The notes beneath the pieces were generated by a model that made no database searches, was not told the DNA's origin, and worked only from the letters and a program-made list of their open reading frames with translations. This document shows, one piece after another, positions 31,659 to 34,261 of a stretch of 34,261 nucleotides of DNA. This stretch comes from Gammaproteobacteria bacterium (GTDB taxonomy: Bacteria > Pseudomonadota > Gammaproteobacteria > Burkholderiales > SG8-39): contig JBGPTG010000003.1 in the NCBI GenBank assembly GCA_041490545.1, positions 1 to 34,261 of the forward strand, in the 5' to 3' direction. Position 1 is the first letter of the stretch. Each line of letters opens with the position of its first letter. Position numbers and translations under genes: made by a program.

Positions 31659-31846
31659 CTTGGGTTCGATGGCTCGTGATGGATCGGGCATTAATATACC
31701 GAAACGCGAGTGACCCTGCGCTGGGATTGCGGGCCGCAGGGCCAGGGCGGCAAGGCCGGACGGCCGGCCAGGGGCCGGTTGCCTATTCCTTTCGCGGTAC
31801 TTAAACTGGCACGCGTCGCGCCCAAGGGTTCCAGCGGGGAGTCAAA

Positions 31847-32830
31847 TTGGCCAAGGAGAAGGCTTCACCGACGGTTGTCCCGACGTGGCTTGTCTTCGTC
31901 GCCAGCCTTCCGACTGACGACCCGGCCGCGAGAATGCGCGTATTGCGAACCCTGGATTCCCTCGGATGCGCCGTGTTGCGCGAGGGGGTTTTCGTGCTGC
32001 CCGACAGTCCGGGAAATCGCCAAGGGCTGCAACGCCTGTCGGAGCACATGACCCGCATCAACGGGTCGGCCCATCTCCTGCAGGTGTCGAGCTTCGATAC
32101 CAGGCAGGGAAAAATGTTTCGCTCGCTTTTTGACCGAACTTTGAAATACGAGCAACTGACCAAGACCATCGGGAGTCTGCAGGCAGGGTTCGGTGTCTCT
32201 GAGCCAATCGCGATTTCCCGCATTCTCAACAAGCAGCGAAGGGAATTCGAAGCCATCAGCGCGCTCGATTTTTTCCCATCGCCAGCAAGGGTCAAGGTCG
32301 AGCAGGCTCTGCGCGACACTGAGGCGCAGGTGCGCAAGCTGATGTTCCCGGAAGCGCCCAGGGAAGGCCGCATGACCCAGACCGGACGATTCTATTTCAA
32401 GCGCTCGTGGGCCACGCGCAAGCCGCTCTGGCCAGACCGCCTTGCCTCCGCATGGCTCATCAGGCGATTCATCGATCCGGAAGCCACTCTGTTATGGCTG
32501 GACAAATCCGACGCATGCCCGTCCACCGCAGTCGGGTTCGGCTTTGAGGGAGCAACGTTTTTCAATAACAAGGACAACGTCACCTTCCAGGAACTCCTGG
32601 CGAGTTTCAGCCTGGACAAAAACCAGGCGCTGTTACGGATTGGTACCCTCGTGCATTACCTCGCTGCCGGCGGCACGCCGGTACCGGAAGCTGCAGGGGT
32701 GGAAACCCTGCTTCAAGGCGCGCGGCGGCGCAGCAACAGCGACCAGGAGCTGTTTTCCGAAAGCGAAAAGACTTTCGATCTTCTCTACGAAGCGTATTTC
32801 GAAGCCCCGGCCAGGACCGGCCCGCGTTAG
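31847..32830 (+). CDS. chrB: ChrB-family chromate-resistance/regulatory protein
   Basis: N-terminal W...LP....ARMR..R.L...G.A.LREGV..LP; C-terminal WATRKPLWPDRLASAWLIRRFIDPEA and GFGFEGATF. Confidence 0.82.
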   Translation: MAKEKASPTVVPTWLVFVASLPTDDPAARMRVLRTLDSLGCAVLREGVFVLPDSPGNRQGLQRLSEHMTRINGSAHLLQVSSFDTRQGKMFRSLFDRTLKYEQLTKTIGSLQAGFGVSEPIAISRILNKQRREFEAISALDFFPSPARVKVEQALRDTEAQVRKLMFPEAPREGRMTQTGRFYFKRSWATRKPLWPDRLASAWLIRRFIDPEATLLWLDKSDACPSTAVGFGFEGATFFNNKDNVTFQELLASFSLDKNQALLRIGTLVHYLAAGGTPVPEAAGVETLLQGARRRSNSDQELFSESEKTFDLLYEAYFEAPARTGPR

Positions 32831-32865
32831 CTTCGACTTGGCCTGCCCGCGAGACGTTACCTGGT

Positions 32866-34261
32866 CTAGCGACGGTTCCGGTCCTCGGATTGCTGGGCGC
32901 GCAGTACTCTGAGACGCGCGTCCACTGCCGAGAGTTGATAGAAATCACCGTCTCCGCTCTTTTGCGCGAGCTGCAGTTGCTCGATAGCAGCCGGCAGCGT
33001 GCCGCGCAGAACATACAGCTCGGCAAGCGCCTGATGATGCAGAAGGCGCTTGCTGGATGCGTTGTAGGACTTTGCCAGCAGGCCGTAAAGGTGCTCGTCT
33101 CGTGGATAGGTCTTTACCAGCTCGTTGAGCCATGCAAGGGCAGCATCGTGTTGGCCCAGATCCTGCAGGGCCTCGACGTACGCGTAATGAAGCGGCCGGT
33201 AGTTCGGCGCTCGAAAAAGCGCCGCGCGGAGCAGGTCACGGGCTCCGGCAGCATCTCCGCCCCCTTGTCGAACCCTCGCCGCCAGAAGCTCGACCATCGG
33301 ATGCGGCGCACCAACGAGCTTGCGCACTGCCTCCACTTGGGTGGCCGCGCGAGTGAAATCGCGTTCCCTCGCCAGTGCGCTCGCCAAACCATAACGGGCA
33401 CCGGATTCGTCAGCGTAGCGGTGCTCGCGCACCAGTTCGCTGAAATACGCGACAGCCTCACGCGGCTGCCCCTCTTCGGCACGCAGCTTTGCGCGCACCA
33501 GAAAGAATTCGAGACTGTCGGGCGCCTGCCTGTACGCCGCGGACTGCGCACGATTTTGCATGTCAGCGATACGCTCCGTGGTGAGCGGGTGCGTACGCAA
33601 GTACCCGGGGGCGTTGTTTTCGTATAGCCGGGTTGCCTTTTGCATCCGACCAAAAAACGTTCCCATTCCGCTAGTGTCGAAACCCGCCTGCTGGAGAAAC
33701 TGGAATCCTATCCGGTCCGCCTCGCGCTCAAATTCTCGCGTGTAATTCAACTGTGACTGAATGCCGACCGCCCCCGCTCCTATGATCACCGCCTGCGCCA
33801 GATCGGGACTGGACCGCGCGGCAAGCAGTCCCAGAATGATGGCCGCGAGGGTCGGAATGGACATCTGGTCCTGCTTGCCCAGCAAACGGGCGATATGGTG
33901 CTGAGTTACGTGCGCGACTTCGTGCGCGAGCACCCCCGCGAGCTCGGATTCCGTTTGGGCGGCAAGCAGAAGTCCGGTATGCACGCCCACGAAGCCTCCG
34001 GGCATGGCAAACGCATTGATCGTATTGTCCCGCACCAGAAAGAATTCGAAATCCTGACGCCCATCCGGGCTTGCCGACACGATTCTCCGGCCAAGGGTAT
34101 TGATGTACTCCGTCAGTTCGGGATCGTCGAGAAAATTTGCGTCCCTCTGGCGAATTTCGCGCATGGCCTGTTCCCCGATCTTGCGCTCTGTCTGGGGGGA
34201 AATCAGCGCCCCGGACGAATCGCCCAGCTCGGGCAAGCCCTGAGCCTGCACTTGCTGAGCC
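32866..34261 (-). CDS. bepA: M48 metalloprotease/chaperone with TPR repeats (BepA/YfgC-like), 5' end outside the window
   Basis: LPELG, INAFAMPGG, HEVAH zinc motif, EREADRIG, THP. Confidence 0.9.
   Translation of the reverse strand, partial: AQQVQAQGLPELGDSSGALISPQTERKIGEQAMREIRQRDANFLDDPELTEYINTLGRRIVSASPDGRQDFEFFLVRDNTINAFAMPGGFVGVHTGLLLAAQTESELAGVLAHEVAHVTQHHIARLLGKQDQMSIPTLAAIILGLLAARSSPDLAQAVIIGAGAVGIQSQLNYTREFEREADRIGFQFLQQAGFDTSGMGTFFGRMQKATRLYENNAPGYLRTHPLTTERIADMQNRAQSAAYRQAPDSLEFFLVRAKLRAEEGQPREAVAYFSELVREHRYADESGARYGLASALARERDFTRAATQVEAVRKLVGAPHPMVELLAARVRQGGGDAAGARDLLRAALFRAPNYRPLHYAYVEALQDLGQHDAALAWLNELVKTYPRDEHLYGLLAKSYNASSKRLLHHQALAELYVLRGTLPAAIEQLQLAQKSGDGDFYQLSAVDARLRVLRAQQSEDRNRR

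Overview
A GC-rich bacterial chromosomal window whose gene order and protein sequences look betaproteobacterial (inference). It is mostly core housekeeping genes: pilS 5' end, PP0621-like gene, tRNA-Pro(CGG), ispB, rplU-rpmA-obgE-proB, a rubrerythrin/Fe-S oxidoreductase/DUF3501/CNP1-like operon, rppH, proS, a lytic transglycosylase, pyrF, yihY, a HugZ-like gene, DUF2069, ilvI-ilvH-ilvC-psd-pssA-leuA, an ECF sigma/DUF3619/DUF3106/RDD cluster, lptFG, pepA-holC-hypothetical-valS, an MFS transporter, a TusA-family gene, an orphan chrB and a bepA-like M48 protease. I saw no transposase, integrase, prophage or CRISPR array. The most notable signals are: (1) valS is a patchwork of very high-GC3 blocks and sharply bounded low-GC3, protein-divergent blocks; (2) an unannotated 26-aa Leu-rich leader peptide with alternative pairings and no U-tract terminator before leuA; (3) a probable CTG start for the ECF sigma factor; (4) a 7-5-7 palindromic operator at the rubrerythrin promoter; (5) a long hairpin in the valS leader. 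All family calls come from motif recognition by eye; no searches were run.
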